A stretch of DNA of 26,495 nucleotides from an uncultured Clostridia bacterium. GTDB lineage: Bacteria > Bacillota > Clostridia > Christensenellales > Aristaeellaceae. The position numbers were made by a program, and so were the translations under genes. The stretch lies in assembly GCA_934647235.1 (NCBI GenBank), contig CAKUFG010000031.1, positions 1 to 26,495 of the forward strand, read 5' to 3'. How positions within the stretch are numbered: the first letter of the stretch is position 1; every line of letters starts with the position of its first letter. Under the pieces are notes generated by a model. It did not search any database. It had not been told where the DNA came from and saw only the letters and a list, made by a program, of their open reading frames with translations. Shown here one piece after another: positions 13,895-22,755 of this stretch.

Positions 13895-14821
13895 ATGATT
13901 ACGCTTGAAAAAATCCCCTTCACATCGGTCGCAGGGCGGCCGCTTACCCTGTATCTGTGGCAGACGGACGCGCCCTGCCGCGGCGTGATTCAGCTGGTGC
14001 ACGGCATGGCTGAGCATATTGCCCGCTATGATCGTCTGGCGCGCGCGCTGTGCGCGGCGGGCTATACCGTGGCCGGGCACAGCCACCTGGGCCATGGCGA
14101 GGATGCGCGCGAGGACGAGCTGGGCTTCTTTGGCCGCAAGGATGGCTGGGATCACCTGGTGGAGGATGTGCACGCCGCCCATGAAATGCTGCTCAAGCGC
14201 TTTCCCGGCCAGCGCTTCGCCATTCTGGGTCACAGCATGGGCAGCTTCGTCACCCGCGAATACCTGCTGCGCTATGGCGGCGATCTGACCGCCGCCGTCA
14301 TCTGCGGCACGGGCTGGTTCCCCGGCCCCCTGTGCAGCGTGGCCCGCGCGGCTGCGGCGCTGTGCGGCGCCTTCGGCGGCTGGCAAAAGCCCGCGCCGCT
14401 GGTTGACCGCCTGATGTCCAAGGACAATAACAAGGCCTTCGCCCCCGCGCGCACGCCCTTTGACTGGCTCAGCCGCGATACCGCCGAGGTGGACAAGTAC
14501 ATGGCCGATCCCCGCTGCGGCTTCCTGTTCACCGCGCGCGGCTACTACGATATGTTCTCGGGGCTGAAGGAGCTGTCCCGCCTTCACCGCCTGGCCGCGC
14601 TGCCGGGCGACCTGCCCGTGCTGTTCATCTCCGGCGACGCCGATCCCATCGGCACGCAGGGCAAGGGCGTGAACACCGTGGCGCAGCAGTTCCGCGATGC
14701 GGGCGTGCGCGATGTAACCGTGCGCCTGTATCCCGGCGCGCGGCACGAGCTGTTCAACGAAACCAACCGGGACGAGATCACCGCCGAGCTGATCGACTGG
14801 CTGAATCGTCATATGAAATAA
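13895..14821 (+). CDS. Alpha/beta hydrolase, lysophospholipase/monoacylglycerol-lipase-like (Hydrolase_4)
   Basis: AAAGGAG RBS, HGMAEH...RY motif, nucleophile elbow GHSMGS, and C-terminal D...H (GDADPI, ARHELF). Confidence 0.85.
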   Translation: MITLEKIPFTSVAGRPLTLYLWQTDAPCRGVIQLVHGMAEHIARYDRLARALCAAGYTVAGHSHLGHGEDAREDELGFFGRKDGWDHLVEDVHAAHEMLLKRFPGQRFAILGHSMGSFVTREYLLRYGGDLTAAVICGTGWFPGPLCSVARAAAALCGAFGGWQKPAPLVDRLMSKDNNKAFAPARTPFDWLSRDTAEVDKYMADPRCGFLFTARGYYDMFSGLKELSRLHRLAALPGDLPVLFISGDADPIGTQGKGVNTVAQQFRDAGVRDVTVRLYPGARHELFNETNRDEITAELIDWLNRHMK

Positions 14822-14835
14822 AGGAGAAGCTACTC

Positions 14836-15804
14836 ATGGCCAATATTTATCGTCCCTTCCCCGGCGATATCACCCATGTGCACGGCATCCGCGTGGGCCA
14901 GGCGCAAAACGCCCAGGCCATGACCGGCGTTACCGTGGTGCTGCCCCCGGCTGAGGGCGCGGTAGGCGGAGTATCCGTGCGCGGCGCGGCCCCCGGCACG
15001 CGGGAAACCGATCTGCTGCGCCCCGGCAATCTGGTGGAGCGCGCGCACGCGATGGTGCTGTCCGGCGGCAGCGCCTACGGCCTGGCCGCTGCGGACGGCG
15101 TGATGCGATATCTGGAGCAGATGGGCGTGGGCCTGGAAATGGCCGGCGCGCGCGTGCCCATCGTGCCCGCCGCCGTACTGTTCGATCTGGGCGTAGGCGA
15201 TTCCGCCGTGCGCCCGGACGCTTCCATGGGCATGTCCGCCTGCATGAGCGCCGCCAAGGGCATGGCCCAGGGCGCGGTGGGCGCAGGCTGCGGGGCCACG
15301 GTGGGCAAGCTGGTGGTGGGCGCGCATCCCCAGCAGGGCGGCGTGGGCAGCGCCAGCATCACCCTGCCCGAGGGCGTAACGGTGGGCGCAGTCGCGGCAG
15401 TCAACGCCGTGGGCGACGTGTACCACCCCGTCACGGGCGAGTGCATTGCCTGCGCCAGCCTGGATGATGGCACGCGCGTGCGCGCCGAGGGCCTGCTGTG
15501 CGGGCAATCCCCCGCGCCGCAGCAGCTGCGCATTCCCGCGCCGGGCAGCAACACCACCATCGGCGTGGTGGCGGTGGACTGCGCCCTGACCAAGGAGCAG
15601 GCCAACCGCCTGGCCGACGTTGCCCACGACGGCCTGGCGCGCACCATTCGCCCCGTGCATACGCAGATGGACGGCGATACGATGTTCGCCCTGGCCACGG
15701 GCAAGGTGGGAAGCGATGTGAACTTTGTCAAGCTCTGCGCCGCGGCGGCCGAGGTGACGGCCCGCGCCATCGCAAACGCCATCCTGTTCTCCCTGGACGC
15801 ATGA
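14836..15804 (+). CDS. Peptidase family S58/P1 (DmpA-like aminopeptidase)
   Basis: ITHVHGIRVGQA, GVTVVL, LSGGSAYGL and the self-processing-region motif GSNTTIGVVAVDCALTKEQANRLA..AHDGLAR. Confidence 0.85.
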   Translation: MANIYRPFPGDITHVHGIRVGQAQNAQAMTGVTVVLPPAEGAVGGVSVRGAAPGTRETDLLRPGNLVERAHAMVLSGGSAYGLAAADGVMRYLEQMGVGLEMAGARVPIVPAAVLFDLGVGDSAVRPDASMGMSACMSAAKGMAQGAVGAGCGATVGKLVVGAHPQQGGVGSASITLPEGVTVGAVAAVNAVGDVYHPVTGECIACASLDDGTRVRAEGLLCGQSPAPQQLRIPAPGSNTTIGVVAVDCALTKEQANRLADVAHDGLARTIRPVHTQMDGDTMFALATGKVGSDVNFVKLCAAAAEVTARAIANAILFSLDA

Positions 15805-16169
15805 TCCGCGGGCTGGGGTGCGATCTGTGCGCGATACCGCGCATGGAAAAAATCATGGCGGACGGGCGCTTTCTCCATCGGTATTTCACCCAGGGGGAGC
15901 GCGCGTACATCGCCGCGCGCGCACGCGGCGCGCAGACGGCGGCAGGCATATTCGCCGCCAAGGAGGCGCTGGTCAAGGCGCTGGGCACGGGCTTTGGCCC
16001 CCTTGCGCCCGCCGATGTGGAAATCACCCACGACGCATCGGGCGCGCCCGCCTATCTGATCAACGAAAAAACGCGGGCAGCCCTGCAGTCGCGCGGGGCA
16101 GGCCAGGTGTTTCTGAGCATCTCGCATGATGGCGATTATGCCCTGGCAACCGCTGTATTGGAGGGGTAG
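15801..16169 (+). CDS. acpS: Holo-[acyl-carrier-protein] synthase (4'-phosphopantetheinyl transferase)
   Basis: The ATG overlaps the upstream stop (ATGA). It reads MIRGLGCDL..., AAKEALVKALGTG and ISHDGDYALATAVLE, and is ~122 aa. Confidence 0.9.
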   Translation: MIRGLGCDLCAIPRMEKIMADGRFLHRYFTQGERAYIAARARGAQTAAGIFAAKEALVKALGTGFGPLAPADVEITHDASGAPAYLINEKTRAALQSRGAGQVFLSISHDGDYALATAVLEG

Positions 16170-16173
16170 CTGA

Positions 16174-17631
16174 ATGCTGTATACCATTTTACCTGACGAA
16201 ATGCGCCAGGCCGAGCAGGCCGCCTTCGCCGCGGGGCTGTCCCCGCTGCTGACCATGGAAGCCGCCGCGCGCGCGGCCTTTGACGTGCTGCTGGATCTGC
16301 TGGGCTGCACTTGCCGGGGCAGGAGCGTGCTGTTTCTGTGCGGGCCGGGCAACAACGGCGGCGACGGCCTGGCCATGGCGCGCCTGCTGCTGCAATCGGG
16401 CGGCAATGCGCGCGTGATCCTGCTGGATACGCCCAGGACGGAGGAGGCGCAGATCAACCTGCGCCACCTGCAGGCCATGGGTGCGCGTATCGAAAGCGTG
16501 CCGGATGCGCTGCCGCCTGCGCAATACGACGCGGTGGTGGACGCGCTGTTCGGCACGGGCTTTGCGGGGGTCATCGCGGCGGATTCGCCTGCAGGCCGGC
16601 TGCTGACCTGGGCCAACGCCTGCGGCCCGGTGCTGGCCATCGACGTGCCCAGCGGCATGGACGCGGCCACCGGCGCGGTGGGCGGCGTATGCGCGCAGGC
16701 CGTCTGGACGGTAACGTTCCACCGCCCCAAGCCCGGCCTGTACCTGACCGAGCGGCGCGGCTGCGTGGGCGAAATCACGACTGCGCCCATCGGGCTGCCG
16801 CAGGAGTTTGACCCGCAGGGCGGGCTGGCGGTGGCCGGGAAGGGCGATCTGCGCGCGCTGCTGCCCAAACGCCCTGTCTCGGCGCACAAGGGCGATTGCG
16901 GGCGCACAGTCATCTACGCCGGCAGCCTGGGCATGGCGGGCGCGGCGATCATGGCTGCCCGCGCGGCGCTGCATGCCGGCGCGGGGCTGACGACGGTGAT
17001 CTGCCCGCGCGATACGCTGCCCGTTGTGCAGCAGGAGGTTCCCAACGCCATGTGCCTGGCGGCGGAGGAGCGTCCCACCCCCAAGTGCGACGCGCTGCTG
17101 ATGGGCTGCGGCGTCGCCGAAAACGATGATACCTATGCCGATATCATGCGCCTGAAGAATACGGATGCGTACCAGGTGTGGGACGCGGGGGCGCTGAACC
17201 TGCTGTCCCGGCGACCGCAGCAGCTGGGCGCGCGCGCGGTGATCACCCCGCACGCGGGCGAGGCGGCGCGGCTGCTGGACTGGGAGATTTCCGCCGTGCT
17301 GGCGGACAAGCTGGGCGCGGCGGAGGCACTGCGGGCAAAGTACGGCTGCAATGTGGTGCTCAAGTCCTCCGTATCGGTCATCCTGACGGCGGACGGGCAG
17401 CAGCGCGCGCTCAACGCCGTGGGTTCGCCCGCGCTGGCCAAGGGCGGCAGCGGCGACGCGCTGGCGGGCATTCTGGCATCGCTCCTGGGGCAGGGTCTGC
17501 CCATGTTTGACGCGATGCGCGCGGCCTGCCTGTGGCTGGGCCTGGCGGGCATTGCCGCAGGCAAGCGCTGCGGCGTGCGCGCCGCGCTGACGGGCGATGT
17601 GATCGACTGCCTGGGCGCATGCGAGGCATAA
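16174..17631 (+). CDS. nnr: Bifunctional NAD(P)H-hydrate epimerase / ADP-dependent dehydratase
   Basis: YjeF-N motif GPGNNGGDGLAMARLL and a YjeF-C carbohydrate-kinase domain (HKGDCGRTVIYAGSLGMAGAAIMAARAAL, GSGDALAG). The acpS-nnr adjacency is common. Confidence 0.93.
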   Translation: MLYTILPDEMRQAEQAAFAAGLSPLLTMEAAARAAFDVLLDLLGCTCRGRSVLFLCGPGNNGGDGLAMARLLLQSGGNARVILLDTPRTEEAQINLRHLQAMGARIESVPDALPPAQYDAVVDALFGTGFAGVIAADSPAGRLLTWANACGPVLAIDVPSGMDAATGAVGGVCAQAVWTVTFHRPKPGLYLTERRGCVGEITTAPIGLPQEFDPQGGLAVAGKGDLRALLPKRPVSAHKGDCGRTVIYAGSLGMAGAAIMAARAALHAGAGLTTVICPRDTLPVVQQEVPNAMCLAAEERPTPKCDALLMGCGVAENDDTYADIMRLKNTDAYQVWDAGALNLLSRRPQQLGARAVITPHAGEAARLLDWEISAVLADKLGAAEALRAKYGCNVVLKSSVSVILTADGQQRALNAVGSPALAKGGSGDALAGILASLLGQGLPMFDAMRAACLWLGLAGIAAGKRCGVRAALTGDVIDCLGACEA

Positions 17632-17735
17632 GCCCGGATTCCGCGCTTTCAGCAGGATATCTGCATTGCAGGACGAATAAACAAACCATCATTTCAGCAT
17701 TTTCACAGCAACTTACAAAAGGAGATTGATCCGCC

Positions 17736-19676
17736 ATGAGCACCCTGGATCGCCTGCCGGCGCTGCCCCTGATCGTAAACGATCCTTATTTTTCGGTGTG
17801 GATGCCCGCCGATATCCTGACCGCCGCCAACACCATGCACTGGACCGGCGCGCCCAAGCCCATTGTGGGCCAGCTGATTGTGGACGGCAAGCCCTATACC
17901 TACCTGGGCCGCAACAAATACCCCGCCATGGAAACGCGCGCGCTGCGCGTCACCCCCACGCACACTATCAGCACGCTGACGGCCGGCGGCGTGGAGCTGA
18001 CCGCAGCCTTCTGGTCGCCCGCGCTGCCCGACGATCTGGACGCGCTGTCCACGCCCATCACCTTTGTGGATTACGCCCTGCGCGCCATCGACGGGCAGGA
18101 GCACGACGTGACCCTGCGGCTGTCCGCCTCCGACGCGCTGTGCTATGACGGCGCGGTGCCGCCCGCCATGTACTCGGATCATTACGATCGCGAGGGCCTG
18201 CACATTGCCTATATAGGCCAGCAGCAGCAGCGCGTGCTGGGGCACTCGGGCGATCATGTCACCATCGATTGGGGCTATCTCTATATGGCCGCGCCTGCGG
18301 GCGAAGCAGCGCTGGACGCGCGCTCCAGCCTGCGCTATCAGCAGGATTTCCGCCTGGATGAAAAAACGCAGTCCGCCTACGTGATGCTGGGCTACGACGA
18401 TATCGCCGCCGTCAACTACTTTGGCGTGTGCTGCCGCGCGTGGTATCAGCGCGCCGGGCAGACGCTGCCCGACGCTTTGTGCCGCTTTGCCGCGCGCCAT
18501 GATGCGCTGCAGGCCGCCTGCCGCGCGCTGGATGAAGCCGTGCTGGCCGACGCTGTGCGCATCGGCGGCGAGGATTACCGGCTGATCGTATCCGCCGCCT
18601 GGCGGCACACCCTGGGCGCGCACAAGCTGATTGCCACGCCCAAGGGCGAAATGGCCCTGCTGTCCAAGGAAAACGACAGCAACGGCTGCATCGGCACGGT
18701 GGACGTAAGCTATCCCTCCACGCCGCTCTTCCTGAAATACTGCCCCGAGCTGGTCAACGCCTTGTGCCGTCCGGTGCTGGAATTTGCCCAAACGCCCGTG
18801 TGGGGCAAGGATTTTGCGCCCCACGATGTAGGCCGCTATCCCTACGCCACCGGCCAGGTATACGGCGCGCCGCGTCTGCGCGCGGGCGTAACCCCGCCGC
18901 CGTACTATCTGTACCCGGCGGACAGCGGGGTGTACGATCCGCGCATGCAGATGCCGGTAGAGGAGTGCGGCAACATGCTGATCATGCTGGAGGCCGCCAT
19001 GACGCGCGGCGCGTCCGAGCAGCTGCTGTTTGACTACGCGCCCACGCTGGAAAAATGGGTGCGCTATCTGGACGAGTACGGCGAGGATCCCGGCGATCAG
19101 CTGTGCACGGATGATTTCGCCGGGCACCTGGCACGCAATATTAACCTGTCCGCCAAGGCGATTGTGGGCATTGCCTGCTATGCGCGCATGATGCGCCGCC
19201 TCAGCCGTGAGGAGGAGGCCGCCCGCTGGGAGGCGCGCGCCCATGAGATGGCCGCCGGCTGGCTGCGCCGCGCGCAGGCCGGCGATCATACAGCGCTCAC
19301 CTTTGACGGCGCAGGCTGGAGCATGAAGTACAACCTGGTGTGGGATCTGGTGCTGGGTCTGGAGCTGCTGCCGCGCGATTTCTACCGCGCCGAGACGCGC
19401 AGCTATCTGCCGCGCATCGCCGCCTACGGCCTGCCGCTGGACTCCCGCGCGGATTACACCAAGAGCGACTGGATTCTCTGGACTGCGGCCATGGCGCAGG
19501 ATACAGAGACCTTTACCGCCCTGATCGCCCCCGTGGCGCGCTATCTGCGCGAAACGACCACGCGCGTGCCCTTCTCCGACTGGTACGACGCCAGGACTGG
19601 CCGCTATGTGGAGTTTATCGCCCGCAGCGTGCAGGGCGGCGTGTTCATGCCCATCCTGGCAGGGTGGGGGGAATAA
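17736..19676 (+). CDS. Glutaminase-A-like protein (DUF5127/DUF4965/DUF1793 architecture); a putative glycoside-hydrolase-like enzyme
   Basis: AAAGGAG RBS. The N-terminal PLIVNDPYFSVW motif and the ~646-aa length fit the family, as does the (alpha/alpha)6-like C-terminal half (YDPRMQMPVEECGNMLIM, DDFAGHL). Confidence 0.7.
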   Translation: MSTLDRLPALPLIVNDPYFSVWMPADILTAANTMHWTGAPKPIVGQLIVDGKPYTYLGRNKYPAMETRALRVTPTHTISTLTAGGVELTAAFWSPALPDDLDALSTPITFVDYALRAIDGQEHDVTLRLSASDALCYDGAVPPAMYSDHYDREGLHIAYIGQQQQRVLGHSGDHVTIDWGYLYMAAPAGEAALDARSSLRYQQDFRLDEKTQSAYVMLGYDDIAAVNYFGVCCRAWYQRAGQTLPDALCRFAARHDALQAACRALDEAVLADAVRIGGEDYRLIVSAAWRHTLGAHKLIATPKGEMALLSKENDSNGCIGTVDVSYPSTPLFLKYCPELVNALCRPVLEFAQTPVWGKDFAPHDVGRYPYATGQVYGAPRLRAGVTPPPYYLYPADSGVYDPRMQMPVEECGNMLIMLEAAMTRGASEQLLFDYAPTLEKWVRYLDEYGEDPGDQLCTDDFAGHLARNINLSAKAIVGIACYARMMRRLSREEEAARWEARAHEMAAGWLRRAQAGDHTALTFDGAGWSMKYNLVWDLVLGLELLPRDFYRAETRSYLPRIAAYGLPLDSRADYTKSDWILWTAAMAQDTETFTALIAPVARYLRETTTRVPFSDWYDARTGRYVEFIARSVQGGVFMPILAGWGE

Positions 19677-19719
19677 AGAGCAGCCGAACCCAGGCTGCCC
19701 AACAGCAAAGACAAAAATC

Positions 19720-19756
19720 AATCGCCCGGATTGGAGCCTGCTCCGTCCGGGCGATT
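19720..19756. terminator. Bidirectional terminator between convergent genes
   Basis: An 11-bp stem AATCGCCCGGA/TCCGGGCGATT is flanked by an A-run upstream and T-rich sequence downstream. Confidence 0.75.
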
Positions 19757-19817
19757 TGCTATGAATTATAATATGCGAAAAGGCTTTGCCATCTCACCCG
19801 ATGCAGGGATGACGCGG

Positions 19818-20411
19818 TTATTCTCCCTCTCTGAGCTGGCCGAGCGCGCCGCCGGGGTGCCGCAGCACATATTCCTGCGGAGTCAGCCCTCTGCGCCCCT
19901 GCAGGATCACGGACAGCGCCTGGATTACAAACGCTTCCGCCAGGATGCTGTTGCGCGGCGCGCGGTTCAGCGGCCCGCCCTCCGCGTTCACATGCGCCAG
20001 AATATGCGTATCCCCGTACCTCGCCAGCCACGAGTTCTCGTTTCCCGTGATGGCGATGATCCTGCACCCGTTTTTCCGGATGGCCATCGCCGTGCTTTTC
20101 AGCTCGCTCGTTTCCCCGCTGTTGGAAATGCAGATGACCACATCCCCGGCCACCAGCTGCCCGCACGAGCCGTGCACCGCCTCCGTCCCGTGCAGAAAAT
20201 ACGTCGGCGTGCCCGTTGACGACAGCAGCGACGCGCCGTAGGCCGCCACATGCCCAGGCTTTCCGATACCTGTGATATGCACGCGCCCGCCGGCCGCCTC
20301 CGCCGCGCTGATCAGCTCCACCGCCGCCTCAAGGTCCTTTTCCTCCAGACCGTTCAGAAATTGATCCAGTTCCATCTGCGCGCTTGCCTTCAGCGCTTCA
20401 AAGCATGTCAT
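19818..20411 (-). CDS. SIS-domain sugar-phosphate isomerase, KpsF/GutQ-like (arabinose-5-phosphate isomerase type) without CBS domains
   Basis: AAGGAG RBS before ATG 20411. Motifs GIGKPGHVAAYGASLLSSTGTPTYFLHGTEAVHGSCG, DVVICISNSGETSEL, ITGNENSWLA and RHPGGALG match the KpsF/GutQ SIS core. The protein ends ~197 aa with no CBS pair. Confidence 0.7.
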   Translation of the reverse strand: MTCFEALKASAQMELDQFLNGLEEKDLEAAVELISAAEAAGGRVHITGIGKPGHVAAYGASLLSSTGTPTYFLHGTEAVHGSCGQLVAGDVVICISNSGETSELKSTAMAIRKNGCRIIAITGNENSWLARYGDTHILAHVNAEGGPLNRAPRNSILAEAFVIQALSVILQGRRGLTPQEYVLRHPGGALGQLREGE

Positions 20412-20431
20412 TTTCTTTTTCTCCTTTATTC

Positions 20432-21376
20432 TCAGAGCGCTCCGCGCTCGCGCATCAGCCGTTTCACTTCCTCCAGCGTGGGCAGGCTGGGCTGCGCGCC
20501 CACCCGGCACACCGTCAGCGCCGCCGCATAATTGGCAAACCGCAGCGCGCTTTCCGCCTCCGCTCCGCCCGCAATCGCCGTACAGAACGCGCCGATAAAG
20601 CTGTCCCCGGCCGCCGTGGTATCCTTCACCTCCAGCCCCTTTACAGACGGGCTGTACAGCAGCCTTTCCCCGCTTTCATACGCCGCGCCGCGCGAGCCCA
20701 GGGTGATCAGCACGTTGGGCACGCCCATCGCCCTGATGGCTGCGGCCGCGCGGACGACAGAGGCCGTGTCCTCCACCGCAATCCCCGTCAGCGCCGCCGC
20801 TTCCGTTTCGTTGGGGGAAATATAAGTAATGCTTTTGAGCAGCTCTGCCGGCATGGGCGCGATGGGCGCGCAGTTGAGCATCACCGGCACGCCCTTTTCC
20901 GCCGCCCAGCCTGCCGCCAGGCAATTGATTTCCATGCCGATTTCAAGCTGCAGAAGCACCATATCATATTGCCCGATCTCCTCCCGCAGGAAGGCTACGT
21001 GCTCAGGCGCAATGCACAGATTGGCCCCCGGCGCTACCACGATGCGGTTCTGCACATGGTCCTTGGTTTTTTCTATCTGGATATGTCCCACGGCGCTTGG
21101 GGCCTGCGCCGTGCGCAGGATATGCCGGGTATCCACCCCGGACGCCCGCAGCGACGCAAGCATTTCATCCCCGAACGCATCCTGCCCGACCATGCCGACC
21201 ATTGTTACATCTGCGCCCAGCCGCGCCGCCTGCACCGCCTGATTGGCTCCCTTGCCGCCGGAGGCTGTGCCAAAGCGCCGCCCCAGCACCGTTTCCCCAG
21301 GCAGCGGAAACCGCTCTGTTTCCACAATCAGGTCCATGACCAGGCTGCCCACTACCAGTATCCTTGGGGTTTTCAT
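20432..21376 (-). CDS. rbsK: Ribokinase-family (PfkB) sugar kinase with ribokinase signatures
   Basis: ILVVGSLVMDL, GGKGANQAVQAARLG and DTTAAGDSFIGAF signatures. The physiological substrate is not certain given the operon context. Confidence 0.85.
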   Translation of the reverse strand: MKTPRILVVGSLVMDLIVETERFPLPGETVLGRRFGTASGGKGANQAVQAARLGADVTMVGMVGQDAFGDEMLASLRASGVDTRHILRTAQAPSAVGHIQIEKTKDHVQNRIVVAPGANLCIAPEHVAFLREEIGQYDMVLLQLEIGMEINCLAAGWAAEKGVPVMLNCAPIAPMPAELLKSITYISPNETEAAALTGIAVEDTASVVRAAAAIRAMGVPNVLITLGSRGAAYESGERLLYSPSVKGLEVKDTTAAGDSFIGAFCTAIAGGAEAESALRFANYAAALTVCRVGAQPSLPTLEEVKRLMRERGAL

Positions 21377-21399
21377 TTTCCGCCGCCTTTCCGCTATCG

Positions 21400-22461
21400 T
21401 CAGATAACCTCCAGATAGTCCTTATCCGGCAGCGCCGGGAAGGGGGCCGCAGGCAGCTGCTGATACCAGAAGGCCACAGAGCAGATATCATCCTGCAGCG
21501 GCAGGTAGGTGTGATCCTTGCGCCAGCCGAGGGCCTGGATGGTCACCTTCAGCTCCCGCTCAAAATAGATGGGATCAGCGATATGCCAGCGATACATGCC
21601 GAAGCGGAACTGGCTGCCATACAGCTGATTGGGGGTAATCACCTGGTGAAGCCCGGCATAGGGCGTGGTGAAAGGCACATAGCGGTCGTGCGTGATGGAG
21701 TCTTCAAAATTATAGGAGCCGCAGAAGTAATCCTCCGTGCCTGTGCCGCAGATGGTGGGGAACTCCCGGTCGCCGTCCATATAGAACTTGATTTCGCCTT
21801 CGCCCCACCAGCCGTTGTTGTTGACCCCCCAGCCCATAAACGTGCCCACATACTTGCCCTTGCCCTTTACGCCGTCCAGGATGGTATATACCTGTTTATA
21901 GGGCAGGGGATTGACGCGCCTGAACTGCGCGTGGAAATACGCCTCGTCCTGCGCCACATCGCACAGGCAGTAATCGATCTGGTAATACATGGTTACGGGT
22001 TTCTCGTCGATGTTGGTCAGCGTCCAGCGGGCGCGCCGGCGGAAGGGCATGGGCCAGTAGCAGTTGAAGGCGCTGCCGGGATTGACGCACACGGCCAGGG
22101 AGCTGAGCTGCGCGTAGCGGTTCCAGGCCATGCAGAAGAAATCGCCGATGGGGCATTCCACGCTGGGATTGGGCTGATCGTCCCAATACATGCGCAGGAT
22201 GGTATTGCGCCACATGCCGGTAGGCGTAAGCCAGAAATGCTCGATCACACCGCTGCCCTGGATATCGGCGATGGTAAAGGTTTCGCCGGGCTGCAGCACG
22301 ATATAGGGGTTGGTTTTCCAGCCCAGCCCCAGGCGGCTGGCCGCGTGATGGGCAAAGCCCTCCTCGGCGGGGATCCTGCCGCCGCCGCCCTTTTCACCGG
22401 TGTAGTTTTCAGGGCTGATGGAGCGGCTGATTCTGTTTTCAAGCTTGGACAAATTCTGCAT
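21400..22461 (-). CDS. Glycoside hydrolase family 172 (DUF2961) protein
   Basis: The ~353-aa protein carries the DUF2961-type pattern (GSGVIEHFW, CPIGDFF, NCYWPMPF, GWWGEGEIKFYMDG, GTGTEDYF). Confidence 0.8.
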   Translation of the reverse strand: MQNLSKLENRISRSISPENYTGEKGGGGRIPAEEGFAHHAASRLGLGWKTNPYIVLQPGETFTIADIQGSGVIEHFWLTPTGMWRNTILRMYWDDQPNPSVECPIGDFFCMAWNRYAQLSSLAVCVNPGSAFNCYWPMPFRRRARWTLTNIDEKPVTMYYQIDYCLCDVAQDEAYFHAQFRRVNPLPYKQVYTILDGVKGKGKYVGTFMGWGVNNNGWWGEGEIKFYMDGDREFPTICGTGTEDYFCGSYNFEDSITHDRYVPFTTPYAGLHQVITPNQLYGSQFRFGMYRWHIADPIYFERELKVTIQALGWRKDHTYLPLQDDICSVAFWYQQLPAAPFPALPDKDYLEVI

Positions 22462-22581
22462 AATTCTCTCTCCTATGCGTATTTGGGCAGCAGAAGAAAG
22501 CGGCGTGCGTTCTGCCGCAAGGCCGTCAGATTGCCGGCTGATCGTATGCTGTGATCCTTTGTGGAAGCGCTTTCAGCCATG

Positions 22582-22645
22582 ATTATAGCCGCTTGGGGCG
22601 CATTTTGTCTTTCCCACATTTATATATTGTTTTAACATATATTGT
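22582..22645 (-). promoter_or_regulatory. Promoter region of the GH172 operon with a candidate AraC-type operator
   Basis: On the minus strand a TATAAT (-10, 22582-22587) has a poor -35. The direct repeats ATATATTGT at 22622-22630 and 22637-22645 lie where a class-II activator would bind. Confidence 0.45.
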
Positions 22646-22695
22646 GTTTTTTGCAGCGGGCATTCAGGCATGCTGAATAAACTGGGATGATTTCA

Positions 22696-22723
22696 TTGAC
22701 ATATCAACATTTTCTGCTATAAT
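22696..22723 (+). promoter_or_regulatory. Sigma-70-type promoter of the AraC-family gene
   Basis: TTGACA (22696-22701), 16-nt spacer with TGC extended -10, TATAAT (22718-22723). Confidence 0.7.
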
Positions 22724-22755
22724 AAACAAAATTCTCTGAATGGGGAGGCTGCGCG

